NCBI GenBank assembly: GCA_964016885.1
Contig: OZ024743.1
Location: 349,804,001 to 349,868,000 of the forward strand
Source: Eledone cirrhosa
Lineage: Eukaryota
Length of the DNA: 64,000 bases
Direction of reading: 5' to 3'
Position 1 is the stretch's first letter; the number at the start of each line of letters is the position of its first letter. Made by a program: the position numbers and the translations under genes. The notes under the pieces were generated by a model that made no database searches, was not told the origin of the DNA, and saw nothing but the letters and a program-made list of their open reading frames with translations. Shown here in pieces: positions 1 to 11,382 of the stretch.

Positions 1-85
1 TTGTTGTATACACCCTACTAATGTATTGAGCGTCGCACTTGCTGTGGTTACCCATGATTGAACCCGGCACGCACATATATGTATG

Positions 86-156
<71 letters not shown>

Positions 157-395
157 ATATTTATTTATTAAAATAACATATTAAAGTTTAAGCAAAGAAT
201 CGGTGCTTTCACCATTAACGGGATCTTCTGAAACTAAACAAGTCAATCTGTCAACGCAGAAGTAAATATTTCAAAAAACGTTGCAACCGGATGAAGACAG
301 GAAGACGATACTTTGCTCTACGGTTCTTATATATTTGATATATATTTATCCTTATCGAGCCCTCTTTGGATTTTAGTCTTCCAATTTATTATTAT

Positions 396-475
<80 letters not shown>

Positions 476-477
<2 letters not shown>

Positions 478-625
478 ATTGTTATACTTGGGAAGGGTGA
501 TAGTGTTGTAATAATATTGCCAGAAATAATAACAGAACACACTGTTTGGTTGGTTTTCACTTCTGTATCTGTTATATCTCCATAGTTAATTTATTTGGCA
601 ATCAACGTTTATCAATGATTGACCA
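476..625 (-). repeat. Short dispersed repeat family ending ...CCCAAGTATAACAA-(TA)n; probable PLE 3' tail remnant
   Basis: Related copies at about 719-812, 8786-8945 and 30665-30760, plus a fragment in the opposite orientation at 28590-28630. Most abut (TA)n. The copy at 719-812 carries GAAACAGCTG followed by AATAAA on the minus strand. Confidence 0.6.
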
Positions 626-2247
626 ATGTATGTAAGTATGTAAGTATGTATTGTATGTACTACGTTTTTGAATTTTTTTTGTAAGATTTCTTATCTGAAA
701 ACGTGTGCTGAAGCAGATATTGTTATACTTTGGGAGGTTCACGCTGCCAATAAAAAGACACGCACATGTTGGTTTTCACTTAAATTTATTACAAATTTCC
801 AGCTGTTTCGGTTAATAATCGAATGCTATAAATGACTCGGCAAACCAGCCTCGCTCCTTCATATTGTTTTACAGACGTGAAACACGCGAGGCTCTCGGAC
901 AGTCCTAAACGTAACTTTCTCCTTAAACACTCTCATGTGCTGCTTGATTCCAACAGCAGACATAGAGCCTTTGTTCCAAAACTGATACAAATACCCCACA
1001 GGCCTTTCAGGGAGGAGACCAACATAATCAGCCAAGGACTGTTGATTGCTGAAATCTTTGAAATGACTAACAAGCTCAACATGGAAAAGAACAACCTTAA
1101 ATATATCACACAAACGTACATACATACACACGCGCGCACGCACACACACACACACACTCAGAGACGTACACACGCGCACTTCCACGGAACGTTAGGCCAT
1201 GGGGAATTAAAACAAGTATGTTACAAGTATAATACAAGTATATTACATAGATGTGAAAATAGCAATATATGTGTATGCTTGTGTATATATGTTTGCGTTT
1301 GTATGTGAGCGTAAATTACTGCTCTTCATGTTTTGCCACCTGTCCTTGTGACCATTGACCCTCTAAAGGAAGTTGTACAGGAGGGAGCGAGCATGTGCAC
1401 GAACACACCGATTCCACATATTCTGTTCCATATGAGACAGACAAATACATCATAGCGGTGTCAGATGATGAATGCTATCAATTTAGAGCAACGCGAACCA
1501 CTTTTCATTTGTGCATTTCGCATAGTTAGTATACTTTCAGGATTCATAAGCCATTGGCTGCGGATGAGCAACAGAGAATGGGATCTTTTACTAGATTTTC
1601 CTAATAGGATTTGTGTACATTGCCAGATTTATGCTGATTGCTGACTCACTATCGAGTTTGCGATAAAATGGCAGTATAAAGACTCCATTTACTCAGCAAT
1701 ATGGCAAGATTAAGACTATCTTCTCCGTAATGCGGCAAGCTTTAGACAGCATCTCATAGACACCGACAGGACTTCAATGGAAGACGCAGCTACATAGCCT
1801 AACGGAGAGTTCGATTATTCCTGCTTATACTATACATTCCATGTGTACCTCGAAATAAGAAAAATATGGAAGCGGTGATTTTTTTTATCGTCACAGACGA
1901 ACAATACCCCTCACCAATCCTCCGCAGTGAGAGACCTGATGTCTGTATGTAGTCGAAAGAAATAGTTTTGGATACTTTCGCTCGAAATATAATTTTTTAA
2001 ATTGTGAAACGCAAAAAGTATTAATGCATGGAATTGTCTAACGACTAACGATTCCCCGATATAATTAGCAATTTAAAAAATGTTGTATCCGTTAAATTGC
2101 TTAGGAGCAAAACCAAATATAGGATATCCAGAAACTAAAAGAAATCCTAGTTTCCAGTCAGAGTATCCTTCCTCCCTTATGCATTTATATGAATATGCAA
2201 ATACGCATATATATGGACATGTATAAACACAATTAGATGACTCTCCA

Positions 2248-2297
<50 letters not shown>

Positions 2298-2587
2298 ATT
2301 AATTTGTTTTCCATCGTGCAGGTGCCAAATATATCTCTCCTCAACAATAAACCATATTTGTGCTACCGGTTTACTTGCCGAAAACATAACGTGCAACAGA
2401 TTGTATTAGGATGCATGTTACCAGTAGCACTCAAGAAAAATGACACACTCACAGACAGAAATCCTAGTATGGCTGTATGATTAAGGGGTTCGCTCCATAA
2501 TCACATGGAAGTCCCGATCAATCATAATGCGACGCAACTTGGAAACATGTCGAAACTTTCTATCACACACACACACTAACACACAAA

Positions 2588-2709
<122 letters not shown>

Positions 2710-2839
2710 GTATATATATATACATATTTATATGTATAAATAAATACATATAACGCATATATATTGAAGGAAAACTTTCTTGCTTTCTTCTGATTTTTAA
2801 GTATACCTTCCAGGAAGAAAACACCCGCCGATCTTCTTC

Positions 2840-2887
<48 letters not shown>

Positions 2888-2901
2888 TATATATATATAA
2901 A

Positions 2902-2943
<42 letters not shown>

Positions 2944-3273
2944 TATATATGTATTTGCTAGAAAGACCACAAATCCTCTATCTCAATTCTACTTTTGAAA
3001 AGCATAAGAACGGTGAAACCGGTAAAGGAAATAAATAAAGATTCTTAAAAAGACTCCAGTTGCAGATTCGACTCCTTTTCCTTATACTTTCACCCGTTTA
3101 GGACTTCTCGTTTTTTTTATCTAAAAAAAAACTAATTATCTTATATATATATATATATCGATGGTATTAATAAATGGAAACTATATTTATAAAACTATAT
3201 CTATTCTATTATATATATTTCAAGGGTACCAAATATATATATAAGGATACTAACATATATATATATATATATT

Positions 3274-3378
3274 TGGTAGAGAATTGGATTCACAATTTTG
3301 AGGTTGTGAGTTCGATTCATGGACCGGGCGATACGTTATGTGCTTGAGCAAGACACTTTATTTCACGTTGCTCCTTCT
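3274..3378 (+). mobile_element. Old tRNA-derived SINE of a second family (CORE-like body)
   Basis: tRNA-like head with a B-box-like GAGTTCGATTC, followed by CTTGAGCAAGACACTT, which resembles the CORE-SINE domain. Confidence 0.55.
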
Positions 3379-3983
3379 ACCTAGAGTTGTGACCGATAGA
3401 TAGTAATAGCAACTGAAAAGACTGACGAAAACATTGTTTCCTCGGTCCGATTTGACGAGAGTCGATCGATCCTTTATATATATATACAGAGAGGGAGAGA
3501 GAGACACACAGACAGATAGAGAGAGTGGTTTAAAATCCTAACCGCCGTACCAGGCGGTTTCCACTTGTGTGTTCAGCAAGGCCTTCAATGGTGTAGTTAC
3601 TACATCCTCGTAAGCTTTTGCTGAACATACACGCCGAAACTGCTTGGCGCCACCGTCGTGATTTTTCATATCTCTATACCCACTTTGTATCTCCCCATGT
3701 ATTCAATTCTCAATGATTAGTGGTCTCCCCGGTCTCATAAACGCAGACTCTCCACACACAAACACACACACACACAACGTCACACACAAACAACGACACA
3801 CACACACACACACGCACAAACACACACACACGCACATATATATATATATGTATATTTATATACAGATATGAATTGGTGCAGTCTCGGTTACCCATTTCGG
3901 ATGTATAAACTTTATCTTACACTTCGACTGTTAACACACTTATGTTTATATGTGTATGTATACAATGTATACATATATGTGTA

Positions 3984-4049
<66 letters not shown>

Positions 4050-4138
4050 TTTGAATATATCTATGTTTATATCTACCTAGCTATCAATCGCCCTCTCTTC
4101 GCCCCTCTCTCTCTTATAGAGAAAGCAAGAAAGTGAGC

Positions 4139-4222
<84 letters not shown>

Positions 4223-4460
4223 AAGTGAGAGAGAAAGCGAAAGTGAATATGTGTGTTTTTGTGTTAATGAGAGAGAGAGAGATAGGGAGAGAGAGAGGGA
4301 GAGAGACAGACTGTAGAACGTAAGAGAAGGAAGAATGAAAAAATGTTTAACACCATATATCTAAAAAGAAAAACATACTTATATCTATGTGTATGTATAT
4401 ATATGCATGTGACACTATATTGTGTGTATTTGTATGTTTTTTTTACACTGAATGACTTAC

Positions 4461-4804
4461 CTGTCATTTTCGCCGACAAGCATTGCCAATATCGTCGCCG
4501 TGAATCCTTTGGTCAGAGAACCGATACAAAATAGAGTCTTGTTAGTAACGGGTTCGAATCTGTTCAGTTCCTTAAAGCCATAACCACTGGCGAAAAGGTT
4601 ATGATCACCTCTCACCAATGATAGGGTCAAACCGGGTAGTTTTCGACATACAATCAAGTCGTTGACGAATTTGTCGAGCAGGTTTCGCTTCTCGGGCGGG
4701 AAATCAGGATTTCTGGTGTCTGTCGTTACCATGATGGATGTGCTGTAGCCGAAAGTGGCTAGGATGCACCATGGAAATAGGAAATGGTCGACCCCCGGTC
4801 TCAT
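4461..4804 (-). CDS. First coding exon of a serine beta-lactamase-like (class C/AmpC-like, penicillin-binding-protein fold) hydrolase, probably secreted
   Basis: Translation ...LPGLTLSLVRGDHNLFASGYG...PVTNKTLFCIGSLTKGFTATILAML matches the family N-terminal pattern (PG-x-GYG...F-x-IGS-x-TK-x-FT) including the catalytic SxxK (SLTK). The N-terminus is hydrophobic and signal-peptide-like. The ORF runs into a consensus donor AG|GTAAGT (intron starts at 4460, phase 2). Downstream exons were not identified in the window. Confidence 0.85.
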
Positions 4805-4917
4805 GCTGCATACCTCACTATTGTGTGTGTCGCTGAATCCGGCCTACACAGTCACACGGACAAAACAACTGATGCTGTCTGATGCCGTGTGGTCGCTTCA
4901 AGTTCACTAAAAGTGTG

Positions 4918-5445
4918 GGAGGAGAAGAGAGATAGAGAGAGAGAAGAAAGGAATGTGGAAACGGAAGAGGGAGAAAGGGAAGGAGAGAGAGAATGTGGGC
5001 GAAAAAAAAAACGATACTTGGAGTAGGGAGAGAGGGAGAAAGAGATAAGGAGAAAGAAGGATGGTGAAGGAGGGAAAAATCGACGGTGAGGCAGAGTGTG
5101 AGAACGTTCCAAAAAGAGCGGTGCGAGAATGAAGTAACAAGGAGACAGGTTGAGGTGGAAGGAAAGACGAGAAAGAAAGAGCAAGGACATAGTTTGGTGC
5201 GAACAGAGGAAGACTGTAAGAAAGAAAAAGAAAAGACATATATTAAAGATGTTGAAACGAGGGGAGAGTAGGAGATATTGATGTAGAGAGCTGATAGATA
5301 TATACAAAGAGTTAAAAGGGAAAGTGGATTATAAAAGAGGAAAACGGTAAGGGGAGGGAGAGTGATGTAGTATGAGTTGTAAAAGCAGAGACTAAAAGTG
5401 TAAATGAGGTTGAAGGGAGAGTAGGGTTTTGATTGATAAAGAGTA
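4918..5445. repeat. Long purine-rich (GA-rich) low-complexity tract upstream of the beta-lactamase-like start codon
   Basis: About 500 bp strongly G/A-biased on the + strand, followed by (TA)n/(CA)n microsatellites. Confidence 0.8.
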
Positions 5446-5496
5446 GTTATATATATATATATATATATGTATATAATGTATATATATATGTATATA

Positions 5497-5565
<69 letters not shown>

Positions 5566-5578
5566 TATATATATATAT

Positions 5579-5620
<42 letters not shown>

Positions 5621-5634
5621 ACACACACACACAT

Positions 5635-5698
<64 letters not shown>

Positions 5699-5702
<4 letters not shown>

Positions 5703-5885
5703 AGTTGTTCCGGGTTGAATCGGAGGTAACCACAGTAAGTAAGGTACTCAATCCATAGCAGAGTATAACAGTTTTAATATAGATGAGATTCTACAGGACT
5801 AGAACTGTTTCATTCTTTAGAAATCATCAGGAGATTCCTGATGATTTCTAAAGAATGAAACAGTTCTAGTCCTGTAGAATCTCAT
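5699..5885. mobile_element. (TA)n-embedded fold-back mini-element (PLE pseudo-LTR derivative)
   Basis: Perfect inverted repeat of about 50 bp (5784-5832 vs 5836-5885), flanked by (TA)n. A partial third copy lies at 5963-6010, and relatives at 1-70 and 15779-15935. Confidence 0.7.
5831..5883 (+). ncRNA. Type I hammerhead ribozyme (complete)
   Basis: GAGAUUC-CUGAUGA-UUUC(UAAA)GAAU-GAA-ACAG(UUCUAGUC)CUGU-A-GAAUCUC. It has a 7-bp helix I, a canonical core, a weak helix II, a 4-bp helix III and a GUA cleavage triplet (cut after 5876). Confidence 0.75.
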
Positions 5886-5895
5886 ATATATTTTA

Positions 5896-5967
<72 letters not shown>

Positions 5968-6415
5968 GATGAGATTCTACAGGACTAGAACTGTTTCATT
6001 CTTTAGAAATTTATATATATATATATATATATATATACCTAGAGTGAGCGAGAGAGGGCGGGGAGACGTATATAATGAACAAATTAACAGGAAAACAAAA
6101 AACAACTTAACCAAATTGAGAGTTTTAGTTTAGATTGATCGATCAATAAATAGACATATAGCCATGTAGATAGATAGATTGACTGATAACATGGACAGAA
6201 ATCGAGAGAGAGGTTGAAAGGGAAATGGAATATAAATCTGATGAGAAGTTAAGTTTATAGATAAATAGATAGCATTGAAACGAGGAGAGGGGAATTATAA
6301 GGGAGATACAGGAGAAAATAACGGAGTAGAAAGAGTGTAGGTAGAAGATTTGTGATGATGTGCAAAAGAATTGGTAAGAAGGAAGGACATATTTTTAGTT
6401 ACATTATATGGAGAT

Positions 6416-6605
6416 AAGGGTGGTTGATTGGCAGTATCGGTAGAGGGTCGGACGCCATGCTTTGCAGCAAAGAGTTACATCCCTTCATGATCTGAGTTCA
6501 AATCCCGCCAAGGTTAACTTTGCCTGTCATCCTTACGGGGTTGATAAAATAAAGTACCAGTAATAGACTGGGATAATTGCTGACCTTGTGCCAAAAATAG
6601 AAACA
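6416..6605 (+). mobile_element. tRNA-derived SINE (dominant family)
   Basis: A-box-like TGGCAGTATCGG, B-box GAGTTCAAATC, conserved body GCCT(T/G)TCATCCTTACGGGGT(C/T)GATAAAATAAAGTACCAG, and 3' end CCTTGTGCCAAAAATAGAAAC followed by ATT. Confidence 0.9.
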
Positions 6606-6856
6606 ATTATATGAAGATAAGAAAGAGAAAGGGAGGGTTTCATTATTGTGAAAAGTTGAAAAAGGCAGAAACATACAAAGGAGATGAGAGGAGAGGGAAA
6701 AAATAACCTGAATGGGGTAAGAAGAAAGAGACCCAGCGCACAATTCAGAGATCGCGATGGAAAGATTGACAGCCATATATGTAGTGGAAAGCACCGAGAG
6801 GAAACATTGAAGTAGGGGTAAAAAATTAAAAAAATTGGAACTAAAACGGCTAATAT

Positions 6857-7000
6857 GTACCAGGTGTGTCAGAAAGGAAACAGAACTGGGGTCGCCAAGA
6901 AAATTTCAAATACAAACTACAAACTATAAGTTTTCGCTTCGACATAATTCCACTCGAGTCTAACGCACTTTCCCATCCTCCTCCGCGACGCCTCCATAGA
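6857..7000 (-). mobile_element. Mariner-like DNA transposon 3'-end fragment
   Basis: The reverse complement aligns by eye with 10600-10750 (transposase C-terminus and terminal region). Confidence 0.6.
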
Positions 7001-7099
7001 CTCCTTTTTATAACTTCCACCTCAGCGAAAAGAATCGTACTCGCAGGGAAAGTGCATATCTATGAGGGCTACATTGGATTTTACATTCAAGACGAAAGG

Positions 7100-7900
7100 A
7101 GAAGAAAACCAGACTTTGGATTAATGCCAAGGTTTTTTCATATTAGTTTTAATAGAAATGTCTGGGGAGTAGGTAATATTCTCTAAGAAGACATTATTTC
7201 TTAACGTTGTGTTATAGTATGAGGCTGCCCTATCAAATACAGCTTTGATAGGTGAGAGGTAAGAGATCCGTTTGCTAATATTCTTAACTAGAATTTTAAG
7301 GACTGAAGGTATTGGCATGAACTTTTGTCTATGTAACTAAAGAATTCACTAGTCTTATGGAAAGGTTTGTGTGTGGGTAAATAGGTCTAAAAAATTTAAC
7401 AATCGTTCGGTTGGGGTATTAATTTTGGATGTCGACATAAGGTTAAATGTATTCACTGGGTCAGATATTTTTCCTTTGTACGCCACTTTCCTTCATCTTA
7501 AATGCTTGACCACATCTTCGACTTTCTGAAGAAGGAGTTTCGAATAAGTCTTATTAGAAGGGATAGGAATACTTTTTTAAGGAGTAATCAATTTCCCGGA
7601 GATCCATAATCAGCCCTTAGGGGCTCATTGTATAGGTAAACTTGGATAAAAGAGCGCTCGACTGCTTAAAGAAATTTGCCTATCTTCCCCGTGGTTGATG
7701 CATGAAGAATCCTCAGTACACACTCCAGGAATTAATATTGCAGTAATAACTTGGGAAAGTCACCCAAGGCCTAGAACAACTCAATCCCGAGGGGTAATTT
7801 TTAATATATTATTATTTAGACCAGTATTACAACGAATACGTAACAGAATAAAAGGAACACGCGTTTCGGTGGGTGGACCCACTTTTCAACCTGTGTTGGG
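7100..7900 (-). mobile_element. Degenerate Penelope-like retroelement fragment
   Basis: ORF 7121-7318 (ILVKNISKRISYLSPIKAVFDRAASYYN) is homologous to the PLE thumb region at about 20950-21030. A decayed hammerhead-like motif (GAAACGCGT) lies at about 7857-7900. Confidence 0.65.
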
Positions 7901-8199
7901 AGAAAAAGACCAGGAAGTAAGTTATATAAAGGAGAGAGATAAGAAAGCGACGTAAAAGAGGGGATACAGTGTAAGAGGAAAATAATTTAAAAAATAATAA
8001 TAATTGTTTCTACTTTTAGCACAAGGCCAGCAATTATCTCAGTGTATTACTGGTACTCTATTTTAAAAATAATAATAATAAATACTCATAGGGGATAACC
8101 CTTGTAGTTGGATTGAATGTATACAGAGGTACATGCTAAGTAGGCCAAATTCAACATTTGCAGTTGGGGATACTTAGATCTAAAATTAATGTATATGAG

Positions 8200-8600
8200 G
8201 TATATATAGAGAAAAACAACAGAAGGCCGGACTCGGAATAATCTTTTAATGTTGCATAAACACAATGCGTGGTTTCAATTGCCTAGTTACACCATAAGGT
8301 CATAGCGTAAGACTTTGGTGACCTCATCAGGTGTGGATTGCAAAATTAGTTAATCAACAACAGGATTACGGCAAATACAAACAGCGAATACAGAATAGAC
8401 TCGATTCGGTGATGGCACCCCAATTTGGCGTTATTGATGTGGCGAACCAACCCCGAACTAGTTTTGAAATCCCTACCTGATGACGTCACCGAGGTCTTAC
8501 ATCATGATCAGATGATGGAACAAAGTGGTTGAAATTGGTAATGTGTTTTTGCAACATTAAAATAATGTTTAGAGTTCAACCTACTGTTATTTTAAAATAA
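8200..8600. repeat. Diverged inverted repeat with CTGATGA...GAAA cores in both arms
   Basis: Minus-strand CACAC-CTGATGA-GGTCA...TGACC...GAAA at about 8260-8335 and plus-strand CTGATGACGTCA...GAAA at about 8477-8535. The arms share tgcaacattaaaa-like sequence. Confidence 0.5.
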
Positions 8601-9300
8601 ATATTTAACTCCAATTCTCTACCAGCCACAGGATGTCACATTTACGATGGATGGTCTGCACAATGTTGAGTGCTCTAACATATTACATAGTGGTTTGCTA
8701 ACAGAAATGACAAAATTTACTCATTGGTAAATCAAACAATATAAATGGGATATATAAATATGTATATATATATAAATATATGTATATTGTTATACTTGGA
8801 GAGGGTCATATTGTTGTAATGATATTGCCAGAAATAATAACAGAACACACTCACTGTTTGGTTTGTTTTCACTTCTGTATCATTTATATATCCATAGTTA
8901 TCTTATTTGGGAATCAACGTTTATCATTGATTGACCAACGGTTAAAATTACAGATATAAATATATATATATAGTCTATCAAAGTTTTTTCGTTGCACATC
9001 TGCAACATCATCAGTGGTACTATTATGTTTCCTCCCATTGCATTGTATTGTAGTGTAATGTCTACGCCATTTTTATTTTCTTTCTTCATTTATTTATTTT
9101 TGTCTCCGTCTCTGCGCATGCGTTTGCGTGTGTGTGTTCGCGTTTGAGTGTATGTATTTATGTTTTTGTATTCTATCTTTGTTTACTAGTGTGTGTTTAT
9201 ATGTGTGTGTTGTTTATATATAATTAAGAGACGGAGCTTATCGAATAGAATAGACATAAATCGATCGTTTCCTCACTCACTCAATAACCAGTTGTAATAA

Positions 9301-9719
9301 TTGTTTCTACTTTTGGCACAAGGCCAGCAATTATCCCAGTACATTACTGGTACTTTATTTTATCGACCCCGTATGGATGAAAGGCAAAGTTAACCTCGGC
9401 GGGATTTGAACTCAGATCGTAAAGGGACGTAACTCTGCTGGAAAGCATGTCCGACCCTCTACCGATACTGCCAATTCACCGCCCTCAACCAGTTGTAATA
9501 ATGGTTTCTTATATAGGCACATGGCCAGGAATTTGGGGGTGGGGAAACGCGATTAAATCGACCCCAGTGCGTGACTGATACTTTATTTTATCGACCCCAT
9601 AAGGATGAAAGGCAAAGTTAACCTCGGCTGGTTTTGAGCTCAGATAATAAGGAGCCGTAACTCTATGCTGCAAAGCATGGCGTCCGACCCTCTACCGATA
9701 CTGCCAACCCACCGCCCTC
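9301..9719 (-). mobile_element. Two tandem SINE copies (short and long subfamily) separated and flanked by the same 16-bp TSD
   Basis: AACCAGTTGTAATAAT occurs at 9286-9301, 9487-9502 and 9720-9735. The second copy has an extra internal segment (GGGGAAACGCGATTAAATCGACCCC). Confidence 0.9.
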
Positions 9720-10059
9720 AACCAGTTGTAATAATAACCAGTAATTGGCTTTGGGTGGTAGGATCTAATTCATCCGATAAGCAAAAACGCTTATTTGTTA
9801 GGACTCTATTTAATTTGTATTGGAAAGGTGTAGAGTGTTTGCTAGAACATTAATTAGATAGGATTCGAAAGAAGCGAGTCCATTTACCTTGGGTGGATAG
9901 TGAGTAGATTGCAAGTTAAAATTATTCATTGTGCCAAATAATTTTCCATCATACGCCAATTCCCGCCATCGAAAGTGTTTAATGTTTTTCACGTGATTTT
10001 GTTAACAGCTCCTCAATGTTAGGTCGGCCAGCGATGGGCACAGAGGAACGAAGTTTCTG

Positions 10060-10750
10060 GTCCGGCTAGGGAGAACTTTGACAGAAGCATACAGAATACT
10101 GCAGATAGTGTACGAAAATGAGAGGATGTCTCACTCACGGGATTTCGAGCACCACAAAAGGTTCAAAGAGTGACGCGAGGACGTGGAAAACGACCCCTAG
10201 TAGTAGAGGCCATTCAGCCAGCAAGACTGACGCCAACGTTCAGTGAGGGAGGCACTTGTTGTGTGGTGCTTGTTAGGTGACAGTGCGACTGATCACATGT
10301 ATGATGGGCATGAACCGCGACAGCGTTTGGATGATTATTACCGAAGACCTGTGCGTACAGAAGATCTGCGCGTCGATGATTCCGAAGTTTCTGAGCGATG
10401 ATTAGAAGGAGACGCGCGTGAAGGTTTGTCAGGAAATCCTCGAGCGTCTTTAATCGGAACCAGACTTGCTGGGGAGAGTCATTACAGTTGAAGCTCATGA
10501 GGGGCATCAAGGGGAACCGTTTTCCAGACAGGTAGGCCATCCTGAGCGCCGTTACGACGGAGCTATAGAGAATCCCGGTAGAATCTTTCCAGAATTACAT
10601 GGAGGTGTGTCGGAGATCGACGGAAAAGTGCGACAGATTCGTGAGGGATTATCTAGAAGGCGAAAACTTGTAGTTTGTAGTTTGGATTTGAAACATTTTT
10701 TTTTTTTTTGCGACCTCAGTCCTGTATCCTTTCTTACACACTTCTACTGG
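10060..10750 (+). mobile_element. Internally deleted, degenerate mariner-like transposon
   Basis: Broken frames read like HKRFKExREDVENDPxSxRP and EDLxxxKICAxMIPKFLSDDxKxxRVKVCQEILER (mariner DNA-binding and linker region), joined to a C-terminal remnant. Confidence 0.7.
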
Positions 10751-11085
10751 TATATATGAGTCCACAGTTCGGTCATCGAATACCACAAACTTGCATATTG
10801 CGCAAGTAGTATTGTTGATTTGGAATTCATAGAAACCTATCGGAGATATTGCACAATACCTATTGAGACGGTCCAGGTTTGTTATCTAACCGGATTGTAT
10901 TTTCGTTGCTTTGGTGTTATAAGGCTAGGCTCGTATGTTGCAGTTTTTAATTTGTCACGCTATCTAACGTATGCTAATTACTCGAAGTGACACAGCCTTA
11001 TCGAGTGTTTTGCTGCACATTCCTAATTGTATATCGTTAGCTTGGCCACAGCCAAAACTAACTTCGATTTTACTAAACTTCCATT

Positions 11086-11147
<62 letters not shown>

Positions 11148-11167
11148 AGCAGAAATAGCGGAGGGTA

Positions 11168-11208
11168 ACTCTTAATTCATTTCTGGCTTTGGCCGTCATC
11201 AGAACAGT
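11168..11208 (-). ncRNA. Minimal type I hammerhead-like motif, slightly decayed
   Basis: ACUGUU-CUGAUGA-CGGC(CAAA)GCCA-GAA-AUGAAU-U-AAGAGU, with 5 of 6 helix I positions paired. It lies next to (TA)n. Confidence 0.5.
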
Positions 11209-11334
11209 GCTTCTTCTGCTCTCTGCTTGAATTTGTAATAGGCAAAAATGTACAAGTTTTTCGCCTATGTAAATGGTCGTATAGCTGTATGCATATAATT
11301 ATGTGAATTCGTATTTACATACATTCATTCATAC

Positions 11335-11382
<48 letters not shown>

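Noticed and set aside
181-240. CAGAAGA...GAAA hammerhead-like motif on the minus strand
   Set aside because: The core is mutated and there is no convincing helix I or III.
1300-2520. Possible second exon of the beta-lactamase-like gene
   Set aside because: I found no frame with the expected downstream motifs (W-D-x-P-V, LLxH, YSN) or a convincing splice pair by eye.
6416-6520. tRNA-like sequences with A and B boxes
   Set aside because: They are SINE heads fused to a conserved body and tail, with no complete cloverleaf.
9286-9735. Three regularly spaced identical direct repeats resembling a CRISPR array
   Set aside because: The intervening sequences are homologous SINEs and the repeats are TSDs; the context is eukaryotic with no cas genes.
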